The position numbers and the translations under genes are program-made. Shown one piece after another: positions 44,165-53,752 of a DNA stretch of 64,000 nucleotides. This stretch comes from an uncultured Gammaproteobacteria bacterium (GTDB lineage: Bacteria > Pseudomonadota > Gammaproteobacteria > UBA6002), in the NCBI GenBank assembly GCA_963817645.1, contig CAWFQC010000045.1:16732-80731 (forward strand), in the 5' to 3' direction. The notes below the pieces were generated by a model, which was given only the letters and a program-made list of their open reading frames with translations, was not told the DNA's origin and searched no databases. How positions within the stretch are numbered: the first letter of the stretch is position 1; each line of letters starts with the position of its first letter.

Positions 44165-44814
44165 CGGCTGACTTTTTTGCCAGAGAACCTATTTCAGTTG
44201 CGAAAGATTTACTGGGTAAAATTCTTCGCCATTATTATGAAGGGATTTGGTTGTCTGCTCAGATTATAGAAGCAGAGGCTTATTACCTTGAGGAAAAAGG
44301 CAGTCATGCCTCTTTGGGGTTTACAGAAAAGCGAAAAGCGTTATTCATGGGGCCTGGTACTATTTATATGTATTATGCAAGAGGGGGAGATTCGATCAAT
44401 ATTAGTTGCTTGGGTGAGGGCAATGCCGTGTTGATAAAATCAGGAATACCTTTTTTGCCAGATGCTCCACGAGAAATGATAGCAATCATGCAGCGGTTAA
44501 ATCCAATTAAAACAAAAGAAAGACCTGTACATCAACTCTGTTGTGGACAAACCCTGCTTTGTCGTTCTTTAGGCTTAAAGGTACCAGAATGGGATACAAA
44601 AAATTTTTTACCCGAAAAAATGCTGATCGAAGATGTCGGCTTACGGCCAAAAAAAATTATTCAAGCAAGAAGATTAGGCATTCCGCTTGGTCGTGATGAG
44701 CATCTTCCGTACCGCTTTATTGATTTTAACTATGCAGCTTCATGTACTAGCAATCCATTGACTAAAAAGAATTGGCTGCAAGGTATTGACTATATCGTCA
44801 TTGAGCAAAACTAG
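44155..44814 (+). CDS. mpg: DNA-3-methyladenine glycosylase (Mpg/AAG type)
   Basis: FF.R....VA.DLLGK, IIEAEAY, PGTIYMY, AVLIK, RLGI...RD. Confidence 0.88.
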   Translation: MLLTADFFAREPISVAKDLLGKILRHYYEGIWLSAQIIEAEAYYLEEKGSHASLGFTEKRKALFMGPGTIYMYYARGGDSINISCLGEGNAVLIKSGIPFLPDAPREMIAIMQRLNPIKTKERPVHQLCCGQTLLCRSLGLKVPEWDTKNFLPEKMLIEDVGLRPKKIIQARRLGIPLGRDEHLPYRFIDFNYAASCTSNPLTKKNWLQGIDYIVIEQN

Positions 44815-45576
44815 ATGCTAGAGAACTTGAATGTTGTCATCACTCGTCCAATGGATCAAAGCATATCATTAAAAAACAAAGTACAAGCGCTTGGAGGAGT
44901 GCCCCATGTTCTATCTACTCTGGAAATAATTCCCTTGCCACAAGACAAAAGAATGCTCAAGATATTTAGCGACATAAATCATTATGATATGCTGATTTTT
45001 ACAAGTCGAAATGCAGTTAATCAAGCTGCTCCCTATTTCACCGAAAAGGTCAAAACTAGGATTGCAGCGATAGGACCTGGCACAGCCGATGCTTTAATAA
45101 AATATTCTCTTCCTGTTCATCTTATGCCAATAGCTGAATATAATAGTGAAAACCTGATGGCATTGCCTTATTTCCAAAGTATTCAAGGAAAGCGGATTCT
45201 CCTTGTCTCAGGGAAAGGTGGCCGGACTTACCTTGAGGAAGAATTGAGCAAGAGACAAGCCATTGTTGAAAAAATTGCCGTTTATCGTCGCGAACTTCCA
45301 GATGTATCATTGGACAGGATTTCGGCAATTACGACTCTCACTAATGTGATTATTATTTCAACTAGTTGTGAGAGTTTTCAGAATCTAATCACCCTCATGC
45401 GAGGGTTTAAAAAACAAAATTGGCTCTACGCAACGCCTATCTTGATTATTAGCCAAAGAATGAGGCACTACGCTCTTACACAAGAATTACAGGCAAATTT
45501 GATGATACTTGCCAAAAATGGGACTGATGAAGCTATTTTAGAGCGCTTAATAAAATGGTATTCTAATCGTTTTTAA
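44815..45576 (+). CDS. hemD: Uroporphyrinogen-III synthase
   Basis: VITRP, IFTSRNAV, AIGPGTA, SENL, GGR..L, VYRR. Confidence 0.92.
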   Translation: MLENLNVVITRPMDQSISLKNKVQALGGVPHVLSTLEIIPLPQDKRMLKIFSDINHYDMLIFTSRNAVNQAAPYFTEKVKTRIAAIGPGTADALIKYSLPVHLMPIAEYNSENLMALPYFQSIQGKRILLVSGKGGRTYLEEELSKRQAIVEKIAVYRRELPDVSLDRISAITTLTNVIIISTSCESFQNLITLMRGFKKQNWLYATPILIISQRMRHYALTQELQANLMILAKNGTDEAILERLIKWYSNRF

Positions 45577-45600
45577 AGTAGCAATAGGAATTCTTCAATC

Positions 45601-46668
45601 ATGGCAGAGCAAGAACTAACAGAACCAAATGAAACCCAAGAAGCTTCTATCAAAACACCTATAAAACCGCCAGTGACTAGTCATGTGGCTCTTTTTATAG
45701 CCTCTCTTGCGCTTATTGTTGCTATCATCAGTTTGGTTTGTATATTTTTCATTTGGCAATTTTATAAAGAGATGGACAGTAAGCTGGTTAATGAAAGTTT
45801 CACATTCGCCCGCAAAGTTGTTCCTACTTTGCAGGCGCTGACTGGTAGAATTAACCAGCAACAACAAACAATTGATAATCTCATGACACAGTTCCGTACC
45901 GGTGAGAGGAAAAATATGATTTTCAATGCAGAGGAAGCGGAACATCTTGTAACACTAAGCCAGTATAATTTGTTATTTGATAATAATATTCCTATGGCAA
46001 GACGCTTACTTACTGATGCCGACCAAAAGCTTCAAGGAGTAAATGATCCTTTGCTTGATCCCATCAGAAAGGAGCTTGCAAACAGCATTGTTACATTAGA
46101 TAGTTTACAGAAGGTAGATATGACAGCGCTTATCTCACGGATAGAGGCAATGAGTGATAAAGTGAAAAATTTATCCCCATTACCTGCTGTTCCTGTTAAG
46201 GCACCGGTTAAACCCACAGCCCAAATGAATCTCACCTGGGAAGAAAAGCTTTTAGCAACACTTTCCAATTTAAAGGGGATTGTTTCTATTAGGCGCTTGC
46301 AAGAACCCGTTAAACCCTTACCATCAGAAGGGCGTGAGGCTTATTTAATAGAAACGATAAGGCTACATTTATCTGAAGCCAAATGGGCCGTTATGCACCA
46401 GAATCAAATTCTCTATCAAAGTAGCTTAGAAGCGGCCAAGAAAGACCTTGCAAGTTTTCAACGTACAGATCTGGGTGGAAACCTCATTGGCATGATTAAT
46501 GAGCTCCTGCAGGTAAATATCAAGCCCAATGTCCCTGATCTATCAAAGGTGATATCTATCCTACGAGATTATATTAGCAATGCTCAACAAACGATGAATG
46601 CGGCCAATAAATCACCAATTCAACAACCTGTAGCAAACAATCCGATATCAAGGGCTTTGCCTTCATGA
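45601..46668 (+). CDS. hemX: HemX family membrane protein
   Basis: N-terminal TM, coiled coil, EAEHLV, L.DAD..L; position hemD-hemX-hemY. Confidence 0.8.
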   Translation: MAEQELTEPNETQEASIKTPIKPPVTSHVALFIASLALIVAIISLVCIFFIWQFYKEMDSKLVNESFTFARKVVPTLQALTGRINQQQQTIDNLMTQFRTGERKNMIFNAEEAEHLVTLSQYNLLFDNNIPMARRLLTDADQKLQGVNDPLLDPIRKELANSIVTLDSLQKVDMTALISRIEAMSDKVKNLSPLPAVPVKAPVKPTAQMNLTWEEKLLATLSNLKGIVSIRRLQEPVKPLPSEGREAYLIETIRLHLSEAKWAVMHQNQILYQSSLEAAKKDLASFQRTDLGGNLIGMINELLQVNIKPNVPDLSKVISILRDYISNAQQTMNAANKSPIQQPVANNPISRALPS

Positions 46669-47846
46669 AAAGGCTGATACTTTATTTCCTTATCATATTA
46701 ATCTCTGTCTGGGTAGGTCTAAGAGTTCACACCCATCCTGGCTACGTGCTCATTTTATATCAACAATGGGCCATAGAAACCACAACATGGCTTTTATGTT
46801 TGGTGCTGTTGATCACTTTCTTGTTGTTTTACTTCCTGCTGTCATTTTTAAATAAGACATTTCACTTGCCAAAGTTAATTGGACACTGGATGAGTGATAG
46901 GAGGCTACGTAAATCAGTCAAACTACATGCTAGAGGTTACTGTAATTTTCTAACAGGCAAATGGAAAAAAGCAGAGAAGGATATTCTAAAAAGTGCGAAG
47001 GAAAAAAATCTTGCTTTTGTGAGTTTGCTCATAGGAGCACAAATATCCCAAGCGCAACATCTTGTTGCGAAAAAGGAAAAATATCTGATTAAAGCAAAAG
47101 AAAAAGAAGTCCAGCCCTCAAGAGCAGTTGAAACTTTAAGAGTTAAATTTCATTTAGAAGATAATCAACCAGAAGAAGCTTTATCCTCTCTTATAAAATT
47201 ACGTGAAAAAGACCCAAAAGATCCCTATTTACTCAGGCTATTGACGCAGACTTACTTGGAGTTAAAGGATTATATGCCTTTGCAAAGAATTCTAATTGAG
47301 CTTAAGCAAAGAAAAGTTTTTACTCAAGAAACATATAATCATATTGAAAAAGAGACCTATTTTCATTGCTTACAAGATCAAAACTTTACCGACTTTTCAA
47401 CGGTGCAAACACTTTGGAATAAAATACCAAAATACTTGCGCCATGATCCGGATATAATAATTGCTTATTCAAACCATCTTCGCCGCTGGAACCGTGGTAG
47501 TGAGGCAGAGAAACTGGTTCAAACGGAGCTTAAAAAAAATTATCACCCAGGCTTAGTAGAATATTATGCCAAACTTAAGTCAGAGGAACCGGCAAAGCAA
47601 ATTGCACTTGGCAAAAAATGGTTAAAAGAACATCCCGATGATCCTGCTACACTACGTGCTATGGGCATGCTTTGTCTACAGAACAAATTATGGGGTCAAG
47701 CAAGAGACTATCTTGAAGCAAATGCAAAACATCAGCCTACGGCTGAGGTCTGCTCTGCGTTAGGTTTTGTCTATGAAAAGTTAGGTGAAAATGAAAAGGC
47801 ATTGCAATATTATAGGAAAGGTTTGAAATTTATCTCTAGTTTTTAG
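46665..47846 (+). CDS. hemY: HemY family TPR membrane protein
   Basis: PGYVLI...W.IETT, TPR C-terminus LWGQARDYLE. Confidence 0.85.
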   Translation: MKRLILYFLIILISVWVGLRVHTHPGYVLILYQQWAIETTTWLLCLVLLITFLLFYFLLSFLNKTFHLPKLIGHWMSDRRLRKSVKLHARGYCNFLTGKWKKAEKDILKSAKEKNLAFVSLLIGAQISQAQHLVAKKEKYLIKAKEKEVQPSRAVETLRVKFHLEDNQPEEALSSLIKLREKDPKDPYLLRLLTQTYLELKDYMPLQRILIELKQRKVFTQETYNHIEKETYFHCLQDQNFTDFSTVQTLWNKIPKYLRHDPDIIIAYSNHLRRWNRGSEAEKLVQTELKKNYHPGLVEYYAKLKSEEPAKQIALGKKWLKEHPDDPATLRAMGMLCLQNKLWGQARDYLEANAKHQPTAEVCSALGFVYEKLGENEKALQYYRKGLKFISSF

Positions 47847-49279
47847 CCCTTGACACAAATCTTAGGTAATAGTTGTGCAACGCGTCTTGCAAGTCCTGCC
47901 CTTTCCGTTGCCAGGGCTACTTCGTTCACATCTTTATAAGCCAGAGGGGCTTCTTCTGCTATGCCTCGCATAGAGCGAGTGCGAATCAGAATACCCTTTG
48001 CACCGAGCTCATCAACTAAAGCACGTCCTTTGTATTGTTTTAATGCTTGCCGCCTGCTCATGGATCTTCCTGCTCCATGACTTGCTGATGAAAAAGCTTT
48101 ATTAAGTTCGCTTGAATTTCCCGCAAGAAGGTAGGATGCAGTCCCCATGCTGCCACCAATCACAACAGGCTGTCCAACTTTCTGATATTTAGCTGGCAAT
48201 TCAGGATGGCCGGGACCAAAGGATCTTGTAGAGCCTTTTCTGTGAACGTAAACCCATGTTTGTTTGCCATTGATATTATGCAGCTCTTTTTTACAGGTAT
48301 TATGCGATACATCATACAAGGTTTCTATTTCTGTTTGAGGTATGACTTCTTCAAAAGCCAGGCGAGTTAAATGGGTTAAAATTTGACGATTGGCCAATGC
48401 GCAATTCATGCCTGCATTCATGGCACCAATATATTGTTGGCCCTCAGGTGTTTCAATTGGAGCACAAGCAAGCTCTCTATCAGGTAGTATCATTCCCAGT
48501 CGGCCAGCAGCTTTTGCAAGGCTAAGTAGATAATCAGTTCCTATCTGATGGCCAAGGCCCCGTGATCCGCAGTGAATGGAAATAAGCACCTGGTTTTCCT
48601 TTAAACCATAAGCTGCTGCTGCTTCTACGTCATAAATTTCTTTAACTATTTGGAGCTCAAGGTAATGATTGCCTGAGCCCAGTGTTCCCATTTCTCCCCT
48701 TTGCCGCTTCTTGGCCAATTCAGAAACGAAACTTGGATTTGCTTGTTCCATACAGCCTTTTTCTTCAATATAGAGTAAGTCTTCTTTCACTCCGTATCCT
48801 TTTGATACTGCCCATTGGGCACCTGATAGTAATAAATCGTCTAATTCCTTGGTGCCTAACTTTAGTTTTCCTTCCACACCAACGCCTGCCGGAATAGTGT
48901 TAAATAGTACATCAGCTAAATTTTTTGCATGCGGAATAATGTCATCTAAGGTGAGATTGGTACGAAGACAACGAATGCCACAGGAAATATCAAACCCAAC
49001 CCCACCTGCTGATATAATACCACCCTTCTGCGGATCAAAGGCTGCCACGCCTCCAATAGGGAAACCATACCCCCAGTGGGCATCGGGCATCGTCATGGCA
49101 GGAAGGATCAGTCCAGGAAGTCTGGTTACATTGGATAGCTGCTCCAATACTTTTTCATCCATAGAGGTCATCAATTGCTCTGTGCCATATAACAGAGTTT
49201 GTTCTGGTAGATCTTTTAATGTCCAAAGATAATCGGTAATTTTCTGTAGCTTATGAATATCCAAACCTAAATACCTCAC
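47843..49279 (-). CDS. rtcB: RtcB 3'-phosphate/5'-OH RNA ligase (archaeal/eukaryote-like, archease-associated type)
   Basis: MPDAHWGYGFPIGG, GFDISCG, GSGNHY, HCGSRG, DVSHN, HRKG, GGSMG, SHGAGR, EEAP.AYK; metal ligands and His nucleophile appear intact. Confidence 0.97.
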   Translation of the reverse strand: MRYLGLDIHKLQKITDYLWTLKDLPEQTLLYGTEQLMTSMDEKVLEQLSNVTRLPGLILPAMTMPDAHWGYGFPIGGVAAFDPQKGGIISAGGVGFDISCGIRCLRTNLTLDDIIPHAKNLADVLFNTIPAGVGVEGKLKLGTKELDDLLLSGAQWAVSKGYGVKEDLLYIEEKGCMEQANPSFVSELAKKRQRGEMGTLGSGNHYLELQIVKEIYDVEAAAAYGLKENQVLISIHCGSRGLGHQIGTDYLLSLAKAAGRLGMILPDRELACAPIETPEGQQYIGAMNAGMNCALANRQILTHLTRLAFEEVIPQTEIETLYDVSHNTCKKELHNINGKQTWVYVHRKGSTRSFGPGHPELPAKYQKVGQPVVIGGSMGTASYLLAGNSSELNKAFSSASHGAGRSMSRRQALKQYKGRALVDELGAKGILIRTRSMRGIAEEAPLAYKDVNEVALATERAGLARRVAQLLPKICVKG

Positions 49280-49281
49280 TC

Positions 49282-49692
49282 TTAAACATCAACAATACAG
49301 CGAGCTTCCCAATGATCATTTTTATGAACTGTTAACATCGTTAAGGTTGCACCCTTCACCTCAGTGCCTCTTGGGATGTCATTTCTCCAGCGCTCACCGC
49401 GTCCATGTCCCATCCAGCTTTCACCCTCTCGGTGAAGATCAAACTGACAAAAAATTAAACTATTCTCTCTGGCTTTACCTAGCAACAAGTTTAACCAAGT
49501 AACTAAGGCGAGTTCATTGTCAGCTTCTTCAAAGGAAATGGTAATGTCTTGTTGCGGTATAACCAGAGAAAGATCCGTCATAATATTAAATACAGCACAA
49601 GCTGCATTGATAAAAGCGGTCTCAATATCACTGCCTCGACCAATTATGCCAATGTCAGCATCATGGTCAAAATAGTCAAATTTTGTCAGCAT
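49282..49692 (-). CDS. Archease (RtcB activator)
   Basis: FDHDADIG, EVKGAT, C-terminal IVDV; 2 nt upstream of rtcB. Confidence 0.95.
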   Translation of the reverse strand: MLTKFDYFDHDADIGIIGRGSDIETAFINAACAVFNIMTDLSLVIPQQDITISFEEADNELALVTWLNLLLGKARENSLIFCQFDLHREGESWMGHGRGERWRNDIPRGTEVKGATLTMLTVHKNDHWEARCIVDV

Positions 49693-50222
49693 TAGACTGT
49701 TGCTGTCACTTGGTGAGCTTGAAGTCCTTCCCCAGCATCATTTTCAATAAAACGGACTTGGGAACCAACGATCAGCTCTGAAAAAGAAATTTGCACCACA
49801 TGGGTTTCATGGAAATAGTATTCATTACCATCAAAAGTTTCGATAAACCCATAATCAGGGAACAACCGAACGATTTTACCCATCAGTTGCTGATGATGCA
49901 TTTTTTTATTGCCACGAAGCTTTCTAACATGATCTTCCAATTGCCTTTTCATGGCATTAAACGAATCGCGGATAGCCACATATAAATCTTCATTGCGATG
50001 GCTATTATTATTTACAACCAGCACCTTACCTGGGACATCCAGTTCTATATTAACTTGGAATTCTTTACCCTGGTGCTTATTTTTTTGAGGTGATTCAACA
50101 ACCACTCTGCAGTAAGTAATACGATCGTAAAGTTGTTCAAGTTTTTCAGTTTTCTTACGGATTTTAGCATCAATTGCCTCAGTATTCTCAATATCACGGA
50201 TAGTTATTTCCAATGGTAGCAT
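49692..50222 (-). CDS. HPF/RaiA ribosome hibernation factor fused to a C-terminal cold-shock (OB) domain
   Basis: N-terminal EITIR..E.TEAI...I..K..KL...DLYVAIRDSF..MKRQL (HPF); C-terminal GKIVRLF..YGFI...G.EYYFH...F..L..G..V.F....G.QA..V (CSD RNP1/RNP2). Confidence 0.9.
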   Translation of the reverse strand: MLPLEITIRDIENTEAIDAKIRKKTEKLEQLYDRITYCRVVVESPQKNKHQGKEFQVNIELDVPGKVLVVNNNSHRNEDLYVAIRDSFNAMKRQLEDHVRKLRGNKKMHHQQLMGKIVRLFPDYGFIETFDGNEYYFHETHVVQISFSELIVGSQVRFIENDAGEGLQAHQVTATV

Positions 50223-50258
50223 GTGAGTACCCCTTCAAAATTTGATGACAAAATAAAA

Positions 50259-50714
50259 TTAATGTTTCAAGATATTCGGATGAACTAATTGCTCAAAATC
50301 TTTATAGGACATTTTAATTAATTCCGAATGATTTCCAGCATTAAATGCAATCTGCTTATCCTTTGTAAGAACTTCTGCCACATAGACATCCATATCATAT
50401 AATTGTCCAAAGGGTGGCATAGCTCCTAATTCACAGTCGGGAAATTTATCCTGGAATTCGTATTCACTTGCAAGTTCAACCTTACTTCCACCAGTTAATT
50501 CTTCCAAGGTTTTTAAATTAACCTTTCTATTTGCGGGTTCAACAACCATTGCAAATTTACCATCTATTTTAACAATAACAACCTTTGCCAAAAATTTACC
50601 AGAGATATGACTGGTTGCGGCTATTTCTGGCGCTGTATAAGCGGGTGTATGTTGAATGATAGAGTAGTGAATCTGATTCTCGTCGAGAAATTCTTTTACT
50701 GATTGTTTAGGCAT
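50259..50714 (-). CDS. YbaK/ProX-like aminoacyl-tRNA deacylase
   Basis: H...YTA.EIA, AKVVIV, LASE, FPDCELGAMPPFG, FNAG.H. Confidence 0.9.
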   Translation of the reverse strand: MPKQSVKEFLDENQIHYSIIQHTPAYTAPEIAATSHISGKFLAKVVIVKIDGKFAMVVEPANRKVNLKTLEELTGGSKVELASEYEFQDKFPDCELGAMPPFGQLYDMDVYVAEVLTKDKQIAFNAGNHSELIKMSYKDFEQLVHPNILKH

Positions 50715-50800
50715 GATAGTGGTCTCCTTTTAGAGTACTATTATAACTATTATAGCGCTGTATTTTTGTTTACTCGATAAACAAGTTTTAGGAATCTTCC

Positions 50801-51463
50801 TTAGCGGGTTAGTGCTTCTACCCTGTTAGGCGTTGCCATTAAAATAATATCTGCCGATCGATGGGCAAATAAGCCATTCTCAACAACCCCTGGAATGAAT
50901 TTTAAGCGTTCCTCCAACTTGAGTGGCTCTAGAATATTAAGATTATAGACATCAAGAATTATATTCCCATTGTCGGTGACGAATCCTTCTCGATAGACAG
51001 GATTTCCGCCTAGCTTGACAATTTCTCTTGCCACATAGCTTCTAGCCATCGGGATAACTTCTATAGGTACAGGGGATTGATTGCCTAAGACATCTACTTT
51101 CTTTGAGATGTCTATAATACAAATAAATTTTTTTGCAACTGTTGCAATAATCTTTTCACGGGTTAGGGCCCCTCCTTTGCCTTTAATGAGATATAAATAA
51201 CTGTTTGCTTCGTCTGCTCCATCAATGTAAACGGCCACCTGGTCTACAACATTGAGGTCATAAACGGGAATTCCATATTTTTTTAACTCTTGCTCAGTGT
51301 CTTTAGAGCTAGCAACAGTTCCTTCAAATCTATTTTTAATTTGAGCAAGGGCTTCAATAAAGTATTGCACAGTTGAGCCTGTGCCAACACCAATAATGCT
51401 TTCCTCTGGAACATACGCAATAGCTGCTTCCGCCGCCATCTTTTTCATTTCTTCTTGATTCAT
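50801..51463 (-). CDS. rpiA: Ribose-5-phosphate isomerase A
   Basis: [38 protein letters not shown]. Confidence 0.97.
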   Translation of the reverse strand: MNQEEMKKMAAEAAIAYVPEESIIGVGTGSTVQYFIEALAQIKNRFEGTVASSKDTEQELKKYGIPVYDLNVVDQVAVYIDGADEANSYLYLIKGKGGALTREKIIATVAKKFICIIDISKKVDVLGNQSPVPIEVIPMARSYVAREIVKLGGNPVYREGFVTDNGNIILDVYNLNILEPLKLEERLKFIPGVVENGLFAHRSADIILMATPNRVEALTR

Positions 51464-51477
51464 TTTTAATCCTTATT

Positions 51478-53517
51478 TTAAGAATGTATACCTATTTGCT
51501 TTAACAATGATTCAACTTTAGGCTCTCTGCCTCTAAAAGCGATGAATAGTTCCATGGGATCTTTAGCTCCTCCTTGCTCCAAGATATTTGTTAAGAAAGA
51601 TCTTCCAGTCTCTTTATCAAAGATGCCATTTTCTTCAAACTTGGAGAAGGCATCGCTTGAAAGCACTTCTGCCCATTTATAGCTGTAGTATCCTGCCGCA
51701 TAGCCGCCTGAAAAAATATGAGAAAACCCATGTTGAAAACGGTTAAACTCAGGTATAGGAATTACGCATACTTGTTCCCTGGCTTCATCCAAAAAGCGTT
51801 GAATTTGGTTTTCCTCTTCCTCATTGAAAAGCATATGAAGATGGAAATCAAAGATAGCAAACTCAAGTTGCCGGACCATGTGCATAGCAGCTTGGAAGTT
51901 TTTCGCCTTAAGCATTTTCTCAAAAAGATCATCAGGGATGGGCTCATTGGTTTTATAATGTCTTGCAATTAAATCTAATGCTGGCTTTTCCCAGCACCAG
52001 TTTTCGAGAAATTGGCTAGGGAATTCAATAGCATCCCAAGGAACACCATTGATACCAGAGACTTCAGCATAATCGATTGTGGTCAGTAAGTGATGTAGAC
52101 CATGACCAAATTCATGAAAAAGAGTTGATACTTCTTCATGGGTAAAAAGCGCAGGGTCATTGCCAACCGGGCGATTAAAGTTGCAGGTTAAGTAGGCAAT
52201 AGGTACTTGCACAGTCGAGTTTATAACTCTTCGGACTCTGCATTCATCCATCCAAGCTCCCCCTCGCTTATTGGGTCTTGCATAAAGATCTAGATAAAAT
52301 TGCCCCCTTAGCTCCCCACTATTGCTGAAAATATTGAAAAAGCGAATATCTTCATGCCAAACGTCAACTCCCTTCTGCTCTTTAATGTTGATACCAAAGA
52401 GAAGATGCACAATATCAAAGAGGCCGTTTAGCACTTGATTCTCAGGGAAATAGGGTCTGAGCATCTCTTGTGAAATATCATAACGTGCATGTCTTAGCTT
52501 TTCACTGTAATAGGCAATGTCCCAGGCTTCTAATTTTTCAATACCATAATTTTCTTTAGCAAATGTTTTAAGATCATTAAATTCTTCATGGGCTTTCTCC
52601 ACACTGGCTAAGGCAAGCGCATTTAGGAAATGAATAACTTCCTCAGGTTTTTTAGCCATTTTGGGAACCAAGGAAAGTTCAGCATAGTTGGCATAGCCTA
52701 ATACTTCAGCTATTTGTTTGCGGGTAACTAATATCTGCCGCATGATATCGGTATTATCCCATTGACCAGCATTAGGTCCTTGGTCTGAACATCGAGTCAT
52801 GTAAGCAATATACATATCGTGACGAAACTGGCTTGAATCAGCATATGCCATCACAGCTGAAAAAGAAGGGTGCTCCAAAGTAAATAGGTAGCCTTCTAAA
52901 CCACGCGCTTTTGCTGTTTCTTTGGCAGCAGCAATAGCCATGGGCGGTAATCCTGCTAATTCCTTTTCTTCTTGTATTAGCATGGTCCAAGCATGCGTTG
53001 CATCCATTAAGTTATGTTCAAATTTAGCTGTTAGGAGAGATAATAGCTGTTGCAGTTCTCCATAGTGTTTTTTTGCTTCAGGTGAGAGGTGAACTCCGGC
53101 AAGTCTAAAATCCCGCATTTCATTTTCTAACACTCTTTGTTGAGCATGATTCAGCTTGTTGAATCTATTTTCTTCAGTTAACGATTTGATGGCAGTATAA
53201 AGACCAATGTGTTGTCCCATTTCTGTTGAATATTCCGATAGCTTTGGAAGGGCAGCATCATAGACCTTGCGAAGTTCTTCTGTCGAGCAAACAGCCGCCA
53301 AATGATTGATTACTGACCACATTTGGCTAAGCCGATCATCGATTTCTTCAAGTACATGCATTAAGTTATCCCAAGTCCAATGGGTACCTTGTTCAAGCAT
53401 TTTTGCAATTTGTTCACGATTTTCTTTTAAAATTTCATCAAGAGCAGGCAAAACATGTTCAGGCTTTACCTCGCTGAACTTTGGGAGTGGTTTGAGGTTA
53501 AATAATGGATTTGTCAT
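51478..53517 (-). CDS. prlC: Oligopeptidase A (M3A); likely start MTNPL at 53517
   Basis: KRGGAWM, TLFHEFGHGLH zinc motif, WDAIEFPSQ, YAAGYYSYKWAEVL. Confidence 0.95.
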   Translation of the reverse strand: MTNPLFNLKPLPKFSEVKPEHVLPALDEILKENREQIAKMLEQGTHWTWDNLMHVLEEIDDRLSQMWSVINHLAAVCSTEELRKVYDAALPKLSEYSTEMGQHIGLYTAIKSLTEENRFNKLNHAQQRVLENEMRDFRLAGVHLSPEAKKHYGELQQLLSLLTAKFEHNLMDATHAWTMLIQEEKELAGLPPMAIAAAKETAKARGLEGYLFTLEHPSFSAVMAYADSSQFRHDMYIAYMTRCSDQGPNAGQWDNTDIMRQILVTRKQIAEVLGYANYAELSLVPKMAKKPEEVIHFLNALALASVEKAHEEFNDLKTFAKENYGIEKLEAWDIAYYSEKLRHARYDISQEMLRPYFPENQVLNGLFDIVHLLFGINIKEQKGVDVWHEDIRFFNIFSNSGELRGQFYLDLYARPNKRGGAWMDECRVRRVINSTVQVPIAYLTCNFNRPVGNDPALFTHEEVSTLFHEFGHGLHHLLTTIDYAEVSGINGVPWDAIEFPSQFLENWCWEKPALDLIARHYKTNEPIPDDLFEKMLKAKNFQAAMHMVRQLEFAIFDFHLHMLFNEEEENQIQRFLDEAREQVCVIPIPEFNRFQHGFSHIFSGGYAAGYYSYKWAEVLSSDAFSKFEENGIFDKETGRSFLTNILEQGGAKDPMELFIAFRGREPKVESLLKQIGIHS

Positions 53518-53752
53518 TAGATTAGAGTCCTCTTTTTTTAATAGTATATAGGATACATGGTCATATCCTTCATTGCGAGTGTCTCGGCTCATCAATTATT
53601 GCGCTGCAGCTATTTTTGATGATGTCTGTATGAGTAGCTTTTAATCTGTTTTTTCTGCCACCAGCATTTTGATTCCTGGCAAGAAGTTTACCCAGCTCTT
53701 TTAAAGGAGCTTCAACTCCACAAGTTAGATAAAAAATAAACTAATTTCCATA

